A DNA stretch of 64,000 nucleotides, taken from Calditrichia bacterium (GTDB lineage Bacteria > Calditrichota > Calditrichia > JAJRVZ01). The stretch is taken from the NCBI GenBank assembly GCA_963796965.1, contig CAWCNS010000004.1, positions 800,001 to 864,000 on the forward strand, given 5' to 3'. This document shows positions 42,098 to 57,838 of this stretch, piece after piece. Every line of letters starts with the position of its first letter. The stretch's first letter is position 1. Made by a program: the position numbers and the translations under genes. The notes beneath the pieces were generated by a model, which saw only the letters and a list, made by a program, of their open reading frames with translations, was not told the origin of the DNA and searched no databases.

Positions 42098-43280
42098 TTT
42101 TGACATTTGGAATTCGTAGATCTGGATAATTCTCAGTTGATAGCCTACCTTAAGTGTTGATCTTAGGAGTTGGATATTTTTCAAAATGTCCAATGTCCAA
42201 GCACAAATGCCAAATCAATTCCCAATGCCCAATATTTAAATAGCGAGACTATCTTTGGACATTTAGGCTTGGGCATTCAATTGACATTGGGATTTTGACA
42301 TTTGGAATTCGTAGATCTGGATAATTCTCAGTTGATAGCCTACCTTAAGTGTTGATCTTAGGAGTTGGATATTTTTCAAAATGTCCAATGTCCAAGCACA
42401 AATGCCAAATAAATTCCCAATGCCCAATATTTAAATAGCGAGACTATCTTTGGACATTTAGGCTTGGGCATTCAATTGACATTGGGATTTTGACATTTGG
42501 AATTCGTAGATCTGGATAATTCTCAGTTGATAGCCTACCTTAAGTGTTGATCTTAGGAGTTGGATATTTTTCAAAATGTCCAATGTCCAAGCACAAATGC
42601 CAAATCAATTCCCAATGCCCAATATTTAAATAGCGAGACTATCTTTGGACATTTAGGCTTGGGCATTCAATTGACATTGGGATTTTGACATTTGGAATTC
42701 GTAGATCTGGATAATTCTCAGTTGATAGCCTACCTTAAGTGTTGATCTTAGGAGTTGGATATTTTTCAAAATGTCCAATGTCCAAGCACAAATGCCAAAT
42801 CAATTCCCAATGCCCAATATTTAAATAGCGAGACTATCTTTGGACATTTAGGCTTGGGCATTCAATTGACATTGGGATTTTGACATTTGGAATTCGTAGA
42901 TCTGGATAATTCTCAGTTGATAGCCTACCTTAAGTTTTGATCTTGGAAGTTGGATATTTTTCAAAATGTCCAATGTCCAAGCACAAATGCCAAATCAATT
43001 CCCAATGCCCAATATTTAAATAGCGAGACTATCTTTGGACATTTAGGCTTGGGCATTCAATTGACATTGGGATTTTGACATTTGGAATTCGTAGATCTGG
43101 ATAATTCTCAGTTGATAACCTACCTTAAGTTTTGATCTTGGAAGTTGGATATTTTTCAAAATGTCCAAATGTCCAAGCACAAATGCCAAATAAATTCCCA
43201 ATGCCCAATATTTAAATAGCGAGACTATCTTTGGACATTTAGGCTTGGGCATTCAATTGACATTGGGATTTTGCCATTTG
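42098..43280. repeat. Tandem array of six 195-bp non-coding units
   Basis: TGACATTTGG recurs at 42101, 42296, 42491, 42686, 42881 and 43076, with a degenerate copy at 43272; few differences between copies. Confidence 0.97.
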
Positions 43281-43428
43281 TCATTATGGATTATTTGGGT
43301 ACATATAGAGGAGCGGTATAGCAGTAAACTACTTGGAACTTATTCATCCGTGGATAATTTTGTCTCCCGTAGGTTTTAAATATCCAATATCCACCAGCGA
43401 ATGTCCAACTGAAGAAGTGCCTGCAAAC

Positions 43429-43454
43429 AAAAAAAGCCCCGCTAGCGGGGCTTT
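43429..43454 (-). terminator. Intrinsic terminator downstream of rpsT
   Basis: AAAAAAAGCCCCGCTAGCGGGGCTTT: GC stem with a U-tract on the minus strand. Confidence 0.85.
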
Positions 43455-43519
43455 AAAATTTGGAAAAGAGTCTACACTGAAAAGCCGGGTTACTGGTCCT
43501 GGATCCCGGTCTCACTCTG

Positions 43520-43774
43520 TTAGGACATTTTATTGACGAAGCGTGTTAACTTGGATTTTTGATTTCCTGCTTTGTTGGCATGAATCGTGTCTGATCCGGC
43601 CATTTTATCCAGAAAAGGTACAACACGAACGAGTGCCTTTTGTGCGTCTTCTTTGTTCTCGGCTTCTCTTACGGCTTTTGTCAACGTATTTAGTTTACTT
43701 TTGTTGTTGCGGTTGACAAGACGATTATTTTCAGATGTTTTGATTCTTTTTTTTGCTGATTTATGATGTGCCAT
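43520..43774 (-). CDS. rpsT: 30S ribosomal protein S20
   Basis: MAHHKSAKKRIKTSE...IHANKAGNQKSKL. Confidence 0.95.
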   Translation of the reverse strand: MAHHKSAKKRIKTSENNRLVNRNNKSKLNTLTKAVREAENKEDAQKALVRVVPFLDKMAGSDTIHANKAGNQKSKLTRFVNKMS

Positions 43775-43896
43775 TCTTAAACCTTATTACTATAGTCATT
43801 GCGTAGGAATCTTCCTTATTATCGTCATCGACTCGACACCATGGAAGATCCTTTCAGGATGACATGTGAAAGATATCTATCGATTTTAGAACAACA

Positions 43897-43925
43897 AATT
43901 TAAGGTATCCCTATTCGATTGTCAA
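43897..43925 (-). promoter_or_regulatory. sigma70-type promoter for rpsT
   Basis: Minus strand TTGACA, 17 nt, TAAATT. Confidence 0.7.
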
Positions 43926-44086
43926 ATTCGAAATGGTGATATTGCCACAAAAAATCAAAAAAATATTATTAATACTATTGATTTCTTAATTCAATTTATT
44001 AAATTACAAGGCTTCTATATTTTAGAAGCGAAATTACGATTGAATCTTGCTGAGGTTTTGTTATAAATAAGCCTCAGTTTTTTTGT

Positions 44087-44159
44087 GCTGGCGTAGCTCA
44101 GTTGGTAGAGCAGCTGATTTGTAATCAGCCGGTCGGGGGTTCAAGTCCTCTCGCCAGCT
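44087..44159 (+). tRNA. tRNA-Thr(TGT)
   Basis: GCTGGCG...CGCCAGC acceptor stem; anticodon loop TTTGTAA; GGTTCAAGTCC T-arm. Confidence 0.97.
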
Positions 44160-44232
44160 CCCCATCTTTCTGATTAAATAGTCAGTAGAGGGGTTACACT
44201 TGTACCGCATAGGGTAAGTGAGTGAATTATAA

Positions 44233-44309
<77 letters not shown>

Positions 44310-44368
44310 GTTTTTTGATCTTCCCCTTAATAATAATATTGGCAGGGGAGATCCGTAATATAATCCCT

Positions 44369-44441
44369 GCCCACGTAGCTCAGTCGGTAGAGCACATCCT
44401 TGGTAAGGATGAGGTCACCAGTTCAATCCTGGTCGTGGGCT
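44369..44441 (+). tRNA. tRNA-Thr(GGT)
   Basis: GCCCACG...CGTGGGC; loop TTGGTAA; AGTTCAATCCT. Confidence 0.97.
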
Positions 44442-44489
44442 CTCGAGTATAGCCAAATTAGTTATCAAATTTATTTTGGAGGTAAACCA

Positions 44490-45678
44490 ATGGCGAAGGC
44501 AAAATTTGAGCGAACAAAACCACATGTAAACGTAGGAACGATCGGTCATGTTGATCATGGTAAGACGACCTTAACCGCAGCGATTACGTTGTTATTAAGT
44601 AAAAAGGGTTTATCAGAGTATCGTAGTTTTGACAGTATAGATAATGCTCCGGAAGAGCGAGAGCGTGGTATAACCATTGCCACTGCCCATGTTGAGTATG
44701 AGACAGAAAACCGTCACTATGCCCATGTTGACTGTCCTGGTCATGCTGACTATGTAAAGAACATGATCACGGGTGCTGCGCAGATGGATGGAGCGATACT
44801 TGTAGTAAGTGCAGCAGATGGTCCAATGCCTCAGACACGTGAGCATATCTTTTGCCCGTCAGGTAAATGTACCGAGTGTGGTTGTATTTATGAATAAAAC
44901 AGACCAGGTAGATGATCCTGAGTTGATTGAGTTGGTAGAGTTGGAATTGCGTGAATTGCTCAGTTCCTATGAATTTCCCGGTGATGATATTCCGATCATC
45001 CAAGGAAGTGCATTAGAGGCATTGAATAATCCGGATGATGCAGAGAAGACAAAATGTATATTTGACCTTATGGCAGCGGTAGATGATTATGTTCCGACTC
45101 CTGAGCGTGATATTGATAAGCCATTTCTGATGCCGGTTGAAGATGTTTTTAGTATAACCGGTCGTGGAACAGTTGGAACGGGCAGGATAGAGCGTGGTGT
45201 TGTTAATGTTGGTGAAGAGGTGGAGTTGGTTGGAATGGGCGCCCATCGAAAGACAGTTGTAACGGGTGTTGAGATGTTCCGTAAGTTATTGGATCGTGGT
45301 GAGGCCGGCGATAATGTTGGTTTGTTGATGCGTGGTGTTGATAAAGAAGAGTTGGAGCGTGGTATGGTAGCGGCCAAGCCGGGAAGCATTAATCCTCATA
45401 CGAAATTTAAGGGTGAGGTTTATGTTTTGACAAAAGAAGAAGGTGGTCGTCATACGCCATTTTTTAATGGGTATCGTCCGCAGTTTTATTTTCGTACAAC
45501 GGATGTGACCGGATCGATCCAGATGCCGGGTGGAATAGAGATGGTAATGCCGGGTGATAATGTAACGATGGAAGTAGAATTGCAAAAAGAGATCGCCATG
45601 GAGAAGGAATTGCGTTTTGCGATTCGTGAAGGTGGTCGTACGGTTGGTGCTGGTGTTGTAACAGAAATTATAGAATAA
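44490..45678 (+). CDS. tuf: Elongation factor Tu, copy 1 (2 nt short near 44850 relative to copy 2)
   Basis: [27 protein letters not shown]; nearly identical to 59943-61133. Confidence 0.97.
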
Positions 45679-45742
45679 GCAAGGGTAGGTTCAGAACCTG
45701 CCCGTACTAATAAGGGTAGGTTTGAAACCTGCTCATACGGAC

Positions 45743-45816
45743 AGGCCTGTAGCTCAATTGGCTAGAGCACCGGTCTCCAAAACCGGGGGTTGGGGGTTCG
45801 AGTCCCTCCAGGCCTG
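45743..45816 (+). tRNA. tRNA-Trp(CCA)
   Basis: AGGCCTG...CAGGCCT; loop CTCCAAA; GGTTCGAGTCC. Confidence 0.97.
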
Positions 45817-45860
45817 CAAGTAGAAACCTAATTGGTTGAGATTGTTTAAGGAATAGGAAT

Positions 45861-46044
45861 ATGTTCAAGAAAATTGCACAATTTATTAATGATGTTCAGG
45901 TTGAAATGTCAAAAGTTTCCTGGCCGTCAAGAAGTGAACTTGTTAACTCTACGATAATTGTAGCGGTTGTAAGTATCCTGTTTACGATTTACATATTTGG
46001 CGCTGATTTTATACTGGCTTGGATTATTGGGGCTGTTTATTTAA
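45861..46044 (+). CDS. secE: Preprotein translocase subunit SecE (probable extra G near 46030)
   Basis: EMSKVSWPSRSEL plus one TM helix; lies between tRNA-Trp and nusG. Removing one G gives ...IIGLFI*. Confidence 0.9.
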
Positions 46045-46062
46045 AGTATCAGGGGACTGATC

Positions 46063-46604
46063 GTGGAAAAAAAGTGGTATACATTGCGTATTTATTCTGG
46101 CCAGGAAGCAAAGATAAAGGCGCATATCGAAGCTGAAATAGAATTAAAGGCCATTGAAGAGAAAGTTGGTCGGATTATTATTCCTTCTGAAAATGTGGTT
46201 GAGATGCGTGATGGGAAGAAAAGGACAAAAAATCGTGTCTTTTTTCCTGGTTATATGCTTATTGAAATGCTTCTCGATAGTCAGACACAGCATGTGGTAT
46301 CGGGTGCTCCTGGTGTGATTAGTTTTGTCGGCCCAAAAAACGAACCGACCCCCCTCCGCGAACCAGAGGTAAACCGCATCCTCGGAAAAATTGAGAATAG
46401 TCGTGAAGCTGAGGTAAAGGGGAAGATGAGTGTTCCCTTTAAGGTCGGCGATCCCATCCGTGTTATGGATGGGCCATTTAATGATTTTACGGGATTTGTA
46501 GAAGAAATTAACGAAGAAAAAAATAAGGTCAAGGTAAATATCAGTATTTTTGGTCGCCCAACACCCGTTGAATTGGATTTTCTCAGGTCGAATTAGAGAA
46601 ATAG
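46063..46604 (+). CDS. nusG: Transcription termination/antitermination factor NusG (indel in the last codons)
   Basis: KWY...YSGQE, FFPGY, KOW motif GPFNDFTG, SIFGRPTPVELDF. Confidence 0.97.
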
Positions 46605-46652
46605 AAGCAAGTGGGCATCTTAAATTTATAAACAAGAGAGGTCAAGTTAGGA

Positions 46653-47078
46653 ATGGCAAAAAAAGAATTGGCAAAAATAAAACTGCAATTACCGGCAGGG
46701 CAGGCAAATCCTTCACCGCCTGTGGGCCCGGCATTGGGTCAGCATGGTGTTAATATTATGGAGTTTTGCAAAGCATATAATGCTAAGACGCAAGAAAAAG
46801 CCGGTTTAATTATTCCCGTTGAGATCACGGTTTATGCAGATCGATCTTTTTCATTTATTACAAAAACGCCTCCGGCTTCTGTGTTATTGTTGAAAGCAGC
46901 CGGTTTGCAAAAAGGTTCAGGCGAGCCAAATACAAATAAGGTTGGGAAAGTAACTAAGGATCAGGTTCGTGAGATTGCGGAAATGAAAATGGAGGATTTA
47001 AATGCTTCCGATACTGAAAATGCGATGCGGATGATTGAAGGCACTGCCCGTAGTATGGGAATTGTGGTTGAATCTTAA
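46653..47078 (+). CDS. rplK: 50S ribosomal protein L11
   Basis: [26 protein letters not shown]. Confidence 0.98.
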   Translation: MAKKELAKIKLQLPAGQANPSPPVGPALGQHGVNIMEFCKAYNAKTQEKAGLIIPVEITVYADRSFSFITKTPPASVLLLKAAGLQKGSGEPNTNKVGKVTKDQVREIAEMKMEDLNASDTENAMRMIEGTARSMGIVVES

Positions 47079-47100
47079 TATACATTAGAGGTTGCGAGAA

Positions 47101-47798
47101 ATGAAGAGAAGTAAACGCTATACTGAACTATCAAAAATAATTGAACATTTAAAGGAGTATTCACCGGAGGAGGGGGTAAAACTTCTCAAAGGTGCCGCAA
47201 AGGCCCGATTTGATGAAACGGTGGATATCGCCATGCGATTAGGAGTTGATCCTCGTCATGCTGATCAAATGGTGCGGGGAACTGTTTCACTTCCTAATGG
47301 CACCGGGAAGACGGTCCGGATTTTGGTTCTGACCAAAGGTGATAATGTTGACAAGGCAAAATCTGCTGGAGCGGATTTTGCAGGTCTTGAAGAATATATA
47401 GAGAAAATCCAAAAGGGTTGGATGGAGTTCGATGTGGTTGTTGCATCGCCCGACGTAATGTCTTTGGTTGGCCGGCTTGGTAAGATTTTAGGTACCCGGG
47501 GGTTAATGCCAAATCCAAAAAGTGGTACCGTTACGCCGGATGTAGAAACGCTGTTCAAGAAATTAAAGCAGGAAAAATTGATTTTCGAGTGGATAAAACC
47601 GGGATTATGCATTCACGTATTGGGAAAATATCTTTTGAAGAAGAAAAGTTGTTGGAGAATCTCAAAGTGTTTATCCATACAATTATTAAAATGAAGCCGG
47701 CCTCGGCAAAGGGTACTTATTTAAAAAGTATTTCCATTTCCAGTACAATGGGCCCGGGGATTTTTCTTGACCGAAATCAAAGTACGTACAGTTCCTAA
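47101..47798 (+). CDS. rplA: 50S ribosomal protein L1 (frameshift near 47550)
   Basis: [38 protein letters not shown]. Confidence 0.97.
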
Positions 47799-47819
47799 AT
47801 TATTAAAAGGGTAACAGAG

Positions 47820-48348
47820 ATGCCAACACCAAGAAAAGTAGAAATTATTGAAGAATATTGCGAAAAATTTAAAGCATCAAAAAGTATCTTTCTCGCTGAT
47901 TTCGCCGGTATCAATGTGGAGGAGACTACGAAGCTTAAGGCGCTCGTTTAGAAATGCGAATGTGCATTATTGTGTATTGAAAAATACACTTGCGAAACGT
48001 TCGTTTGATAAGGCGGGTATTGAAGGCGTAGATGAGATGCTTGTAGGAATGACGGCCTTTGCTTTTAGCGAGGATGATGCTGTCGCACCTATTCGGGTTA
48101 TTACTGAATTTAATAAGCAGAAAAAGAAAGATCAGAGTTCATTGGTCGTGAAGGGCTGTGTATTTGAGGGACGTGTGTTTGACGCCGACCAAGCCGATGC
48201 GCTCGCGAATCTGCCAAGTCGTGAAGTACTCCTTTCGCAATTAGTCGGAGTTCTTAAGGCGCCAATGACTAATCTCGTTAATGTTTTGTCTGGTACGGGA
48301 CGTAAACTTGCCGGTACATTGGAATCTCTTAAATCGCAAAAATCATAA
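47820..48348 (+). CDS. rplJ: 50S ribosomal protein L10 (frameshift near 47925)
   Basis: ATG CCA ACA CCA AGA AAA at 47820; VLKNTLA, LANLPSREVLLSQL; lies between rplA and rplL. Confidence 0.93.
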
Positions 48349-48398
48349 ATAAAAAATAAAATTGAGTCATAATATATTTCATTTATTGGAGGTTTAAA

Positions 48399-48785
48399 AT
48401 GGCTGTCGTAAAAAAAGAGGATGTTCTTACTTATTTGGAAAAAGCTTCCATGCTGGAAGTATCTGAGTTGATTAAGGATATTGAAGAAAAATTTGGCGTA
48501 ACTGCTGCAGCTCCGGTTGCAGTTGCCGCTGGTCCTGCTGCTGGTGCTGCACCTGCGGAAGCGGCCGAAGAACAAACTGAATTTGACGTTATGCTCGTCT
48601 CTTCTGGCGAGAAAAAGATTCAGGTTATAAAGGTTGTTCGGGCAATTACAAATCTTGGTTTAAAAGAAGCAAAAGATCTGGTTGATAATGCACCTAATGC
48701 GATTAAAGAGGGTGTTTCGAAAGCAGAAGCTGAAGATGTTCAAAAACAGATTGAAGAGGCCGGCGGTACAGTCGAGCTAAAGTAG
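48399..48785 (+). CDS. rplL: 50S ribosomal protein L7/L12
   Basis: [28 protein letters not shown]. Confidence 0.98.
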   Translation: MAVVKKEDVLTYLEKASMLEVSELIKDIEEKFGVTAAAPVAVAAGPAAGAAPAEAAEEQTEFDVMLVSSGEKKIQVIKVVRAITNLGLKEAKDLVDNAPNAIKEGVSKAEAEDVQKQIEEAGGTVELK

Positions 48786-48822
48786 CAAAAACCAAGTAAA
48801 TTATTGTGTGAGGAGTTGATCC

Positions 48823-52598
<3,776 letters not shown>

Positions 52599-52657
52599 AA
52601 GAACTTTTCTCAGGTCTAATCAATCCAGTAAAAAAAACTTAACAGGAGTTAAGGACT

Positions 52658-55600
52658 TTGAATTATAAAAAAGGTGCTAATAGATTTAATAAAATCACGA
52701 TAAGTCTGGCTTCGCCGAATGATATTTTGGAGCAATCACATGGTGAGGTAACAAAACCGGAGACCATAAATTATCGTTCATTCAAACCAGAAAAAGATGG
52801 TTTGTTTTGCGAGAAAATATTTGGTCCGGTTAAAGACTGGGAATGCCATTGTGGTAAGTACAAACGAATTCGCTATAAAGGTATTATTTGTGACCGCTGT
52901 GGTGTTGAAGTAACACAAAAAAGTGTTCGCCGTGAGCGAATGGGGCATATTAGTCTTGCAGTACCTGTGGTTCATATCTGGTTTTTTAGATCATTACCAA
53001 CGAAAATCGGCTATTTGCTTGATATGTCTCCGAAAGATCTGGAGAAGGTGATCTATTATGAGCAGTATGTTGTTGTGAGTCCCGGGAAAAGTGATCTCAA
53101 GGAAAAGCAGTTAATAAATGAAGATGAATTCTTTAATCAACTGGAATTGCATGGTGAAGCCAATGAAGATCTGGCGGACGATGATAGCGCCAAATTTATT
53201 GCTAAGATCGGCGGTGAAGCCATTCATGATTTATTGAGCCGGATTAACATCAAGGATCTTTCAGTTGACCTTAGGGGTCGCGTCAAATCTGAGACTTCTG
53301 TTCAAAAGAAAACCGAAGCATTAAAAAGATTGAAAGTTGTGGAGGCATTTCGCGTACGTGATGCCAATACTGAATATAGAAATAAGCCCGAGTGGATGGT
53401 GCTGGATGTCGTACCGGTTATACCTCCTGAATTAAGACCGTTAGTGCCTCTAGAGGGTGGACGGTTTGCAACCAGTGATTTAAATGATCTCTATCGCCGG
53501 GTAATTATCAGAAATAACCGTCTGAAAAAACTATTAGAAATCCGCGCACCGGAAGTTATATTGCGGAATGAGAAGCGAATGCTTCAGGAAGCTGTTGATT
53601 CATTGTTCGATAATTCTAAACGTTCAACGGCGATGCGCTCAGATGGCAACCGTCCGCTTAAGTCCCTCTCAGATATGTTAAAGGGTAAGCAGGGCAGGTT
53701 TAGGCAAAATCTTCTGGGAAAGCGTGTCGATTATTCTGGGCGTTCAGTTATCGTTGTCGGTCCCGAATTAAAACTGCATGAATGTGGAATTCCAAAGGAT
53801 ATGGCGATTGAACTGTTCAAGCCCTTTATAATACGCAAGTTAGTTGAGCGGCGATTTGTAAAAACGGTCAAAAGCGCGAAGAAATTAGTTGAAAAAAGAG
53901 GTGCAGAGGTTTGGGATATTCTTGAAGAGATTATTGAGGATCATCCGGTTATGCTCAATCGTGCACCTACCCTTCATCGCCTTGGAATTCAGGCCTTTCA
54001 ACCTGTTCTTATCGAGGGTAAAGCTATCCGGATCCATCCTCTTGTTTGTACGGCATTCAATGCTGACTTCGATGGGGATCAGATGGCCGTTCATATTCCG
54101 CTTTCCTATGAGGCTCAGGTCGAAACCAAGATATTGATGCTTTCCAGTCATAATATTCTTTCGCCTGCCAGTGGCAAGCCGATAGTTGTTCCTAGTCAGG
54201 ATGTGGTTCTTGGCTGTTATTACCTTACCAAAGCCAGACCGGGGCAAAGGGGTGAAAATAAAAGATTTTCATCTCCAAAAGAAGTGATAATTGCCTATAA
54301 TAACGGTAAAATTGATCTTCATGCCCGTATAAAACTGCGTTTAGGTGAAGAAATTATTGAGACTACAACCGGACGAGTTTTATTTAACGAAGCCGTACCC
54401 GAGGGATTAGGTTTTGTAAATGAATTATTATCAAAGAAAAGTCTTACGGAGATCGTGTCTGGCTGTTATCGCAAATTTGGCAATCGGGTAGCTGCAAAAT
54501 TTTTAGATGATTTGAAAGATCTCGGATTTCATCATGCGATGAGCTCGGGTGTTTCTATCAGCCTTTCTGATGTTGTAACGCCACCGGAAAAACAGATTCT
54601 GATTGATCAGGCTCAAAAAGAGGTGGATACAATCCAAAAACAATTTTTGCGTGGTGTGATCACCGATGGCGAAAGATATAATAAGATTATCGATATCTGG
54701 ACACATGTAACGGGTGAGGTTGCGGAGATTATGTTTGCAAAGCTGAGCCGCAATGATGATGGATTTAATCCTTTATATATGATGTCCGATTCTGGTGCCC
54801 GTGGTAGTAAAGAGCAGATTAGGCAGTTAGCTGGTATGCGTGGTTTGATGGCAAAACCACAAAAAACACTTTCCGGGCAAACGGGTGAAATTATTGAAAA
54901 CCCGATTACGGCGAACTTTTTAGAAGGTTTGTCAGTTATCGAGTATTTTATATCCACGCATGGTGCGCGGAAAGGTTTGGCGGATACGGCACTTAAGACA
55001 GCGGATGCTGGTTATCTCACCCGCCGTCTTGTGGATGTCGCTCAGGATGTCATTGTTTCTCAAAATGATTGTGGGACAATCCTTGGAATAGAAATGCAGG
55101 ATCTTAAAGAGGGTGAAGAAATAATTGAGCCCCTCGAAGATCGTATTACAGGTCGTGTTGCTGCTGAAGATGTTGAAGATACAAATGCCGGAACAGTTAT
55201 TGTTCAGCGTGGTGAGGTCATTTCGGAAGAAATCGCAGAGCAAATCGCAGCCGCTCCAATTGAAGGTGTTCTAGTGCGGACTGAATTAACCTGTGAGGCT
55301 AAACGTGGCGTCTGTTCACTTTGTTACGGCCGTAATTTGGCTTCAGGTAAACTTGTTGGAATCGGTGAAGCGGTTGGTGTTATGGCTGCACAGAGTATTG
55401 GTGAGCCGGGTACACAGTTGACCCTGCGAACCTTCCATATCGGTGGTACCGCAGCCCGTATTGCTGCAGAATCACATATTGCAACCAAATATGATGGTAA
55501 AGTCAAATATATCAATGTGCGTACTATTGAGAACCTTGCAAAAGATAGAATCGTTCTTGGCCGAAGTGGCAAGATAGAGATCCAGGATGAAAATAACAGG

Positions 55601-56896
55601 GGTATCGCAACGTACAATGTGCCCTACGGTGCCGTTCTTAGGATTGAAGAGGATGCAGAAGTTAAAAAAGGTGAGACGTTATTTGACTGGGATCCGTACA
55701 GCTCTGTGATACTTGCAGACAAAACTGGCGTTGTAGAGTTCGAGGATATCATTGATAATATGACGTATCGGGAGGAGTTGGACGAACAAACCGGTCTGCG
55801 TCAGCGTGTTGTCATTGAATCTAAAAATAAAAATCTTAATCCACATATCTATATTAGTAATAAGGATACAGAAGAACGAAGTAAATTTATTATACCGGTT
55901 AAATCTTTCCTGCAAGTTCAAAATAAACAAGAGGTTCATGCAGGCGATATTTTGGTTAAAATTCCGAGAGAGATTGGTAAAACCCGCGATATTACTGGTG
56001 GTCTGCCAAGAGTAGCAGAGCTTTTTGAGGCGCGACGCCCAAAAGAGATGGCTGTTGTTACTGAAATTGATGGAATTGTTAAATTTGGCTCAATTAAGCG
56101 TGGTGTACGTGAATTGATAGTTGAGGGTGAGTCAGATACAAAAAAATATTCTGTTCCATATGGTAAGCATATACTTGTTCATGAAAACGATTTTGTCGAA
56201 GCCGGCGATAGGTTGACGGATGGTTCAATTGCACCACAAGATATTTTGACAATAAAGGGACCTGGAAAGGTGCAGGAATATCTTGTAAACGAGATCCAGG
56301 AAATTTACCGCTTGCAGGGTGTTAAAATCAATGATAAGCATATCGGTATTATTGTACGCCAGATGCTGCAAAAAGTACTGATCCTTGATGGTGGTGACAG
56401 TATGTTCCTCGAGGGGGATCAGGTTGATCGTGGTACATTCCTTTCAGAAAATGAAAAAGTTATTGAGAAGGTCGTGGTTGCCGATCCTGGAGATTCATTG
56501 TTCCGTGAAGACGATTTGACTGATAAGAAAACGATCGAATTGATCAATCGGGACTTAAAAAAGGACAAAAAGAAACCGATCAAGCATAGAAGAGCCAAAC
56601 CGGCCTCTTTTACTCCGGTACTACTTGGAATTACTCAGGCAGCATTGAATACAGAAAGTTTTATCTCAGCTGCCTCATTTCAGGAGACAACCAAGGTTCT
56701 CACTGAAGCTGCGGTTGCAGGAAAAGAGGATAGTTTGATTGGTCTAAAGGAAAATGTGATAATGGGGCATTTGATCCCAGCCGGAACCGGTTTGGCGAAA
56801 TATGCGAACCTCTATGTCGAAGAACAAGTAAAAGAAGTTGAGCCTGAAGGCGAATTCCTTGGTGAAGAGGTTGGAAATATCACAGAAACATCTTGA
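52658..56896 (+). CDS. rpoC: RNA polymerase beta' subunit
   Basis: [12 protein letters not shown] catalytic motif; zinc-binding cysteines. Confidence 0.99.
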   Translation: MNYKKGANRFNKITISLASPNDILEQSHGEVTKPETINYRSFKPEKDGLFCEKIFGPVKDWECHCGKYKRIRYKGIICDRCGVEVTQKSVRRERMGHISLAVPVVHIWFFRSLPTKIGYLLDMSPKDLEKVIYYEQYVVVSPGKSDLKEKQLINEDEFFNQLELHGEANEDLADDDSAKFIAKIGGEAIHDLLSRINIKDLSVDLRGRVKSETSVQKKTEALKRLKVVEAFRVRDANTEYRNKPEWMVLDVVPVIPPELRPLVPLEGGRFATSDLNDLYRRVIIRNNRLKKLLEIRAPEVILRNEKRMLQEAVDSLFDNSKRSTAMRSDGNRPLKSLSDMLKGKQGRFRQNLLGKRVDYSGRSVIVVGPELKLHECGIPKDMAIELFKPFIIRKLVERRFVKTVKSAKKLVEKRGAEVWDILEEIIEDHPVMLNRAPTLHRLGIQAFQPVLIEGKAIRIHPLVCTAFNADFDGDQMAVHIPLSYEAQVETKILMLSSHNILSPASGKPIVVPSQDVVLGCYYLTKARPGQRGENKRFSSPKEVIIAYNNGKIDLHARIKLRLGEEIIETTTGRVLFNEAVPEGLGFVNELLSKKSLTEIVSGCYRKFGNRVAAKFLDDLKDLGFHHAMSSGVSISLSDVVTPPEKQILIDQAQKEVDTIQKQFLRGVITDGERYNKIIDIWTHVTGEVAEIMFAKLSRNDDGFNPLYMMSDSGARGSKEQIRQLAGMRGLMAKPQKTLSGQTGEIIENPITANFLEGLSVIEYFISTHGARKGLADTALKTADAGYLTRRLVDVAQDVIVSQNDCGTILGIEMQDLKEGEEIIEPLEDRITGRVAAEDVEDTNAGTVIVQRGEVISEEIAEQIAAAPIEGVLVRTELTCEAKRGVCSLCYGRNLASGKLVGIGEAVGVMAAQSIGEPGTQLTLRTFHIGGTAARIAAESHIATKYDGKVKYINVRTIENLAKDRIVLGRSGKIEIQDENNRGIATYNVPYGAVLRIEEDAEVKKGETLFDWDPYSSVILADKTGVVEFEDIIDNMTYREELDEQTGLRQRVVIESKNKNLNPHIYISNKDTEERSKFIIPVKSFLQVQNKQEVHAGDILVKIPREIGKTRDITGGLPRVAELFEARRPKEMAVVTEIDGIVKFGSIKRGVRELIVEGESDTKKYSVPYGKHILVHENDFVEAGDRLTDGSIAPQDILTIKGPGKVQEYLVNEIQEIYRLQGVKINDKHIGIIVRQMLQKVLILDGGDSMFLEGDQVDRGTFLSENEKVIEKVVVADPGDSLFREDDLTDKKTIELINRDLKKDKKKPIKHRRAKPASFTPVLLGITQAALNTESFISAASFQETTKVLTEAAVAGKEDSLIGLKENVIMGHLIPAGTGLAKYANLYVEEQVKEVEPEGEFLGEEVGNITETS

Positions 56897-56949
56897 ACCA
56901 AGAAAATATAGTTAGTAAATTAGTAATCTGTGACTTTTAGGAGGTAGGT

Positions 56950-57321
56950 TTGCCGACAATCAATCAGTTAATACGACACGGCAGAAAAACTGTGACAAAA
57001 AAGACGAAAGCACCAGCGCTTGGATCATCCCCTCAGAAGCGGGGCGTGTGTACAAGAGTCTACACGACAACACCTAAAAAACCGAATTCGGCATTGAGGA
57101 AAGTTGCACGTGTACGTCTTACCAATGGAATAGAGGTCTCGGCTTATATTCCAGGTGAAGGGCATAATTTACAGGAGCACTCAATCGTTCTTATTCGCGG
57201 TGGTCGTGTAAAAGATTTGCCGGGTGTGCGTTATCATATTGTTAGGGGCACATTAGATACGAGCGGTGTTGATGATCGCAAGCAGGCCAGATCAAAATAT
57301 GGTACTAAGAAACCAAAATAA
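56950..57321 (+). CDS. rpsL: 30S ribosomal protein S12
   Basis: [22 protein letters not shown]. Confidence 0.99.
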   Translation: MPTINQLIRHGRKTVTKKTKAPALGSSPQKRGVCTRVYTTTPKKPNSALRKVARVRLTNGIEVSAYIPGEGHNLQEHSIVLIRGGRVKDLPGVRYHIVRGTLDTSGVDDRKQARSKYGTKKPK

Positions 57322-57325
57322 TTAA

Positions 57326-57820
<495 letters not shown>

Positions 57821-57838
57821 TGACATAGAAATATTATA

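Noticed and set aside
43043..43252. 69-aa ORF in the tandem array (unit length is a multiple of 3)
   Set aside because: No frame stays open across units and there is no SD; it is a by-product of the repeat.
42098..43280. CRISPR array
   Set aside because: The whole 195-bp unit repeats, with no unique spacers and no cas genes in the window.
44400..44489. N-terminal extension of EF-Tu in the ORF track
   Set aside because: It overlaps tRNA-Thr(GGT); the true start is ATG 44490 after GGAGG.
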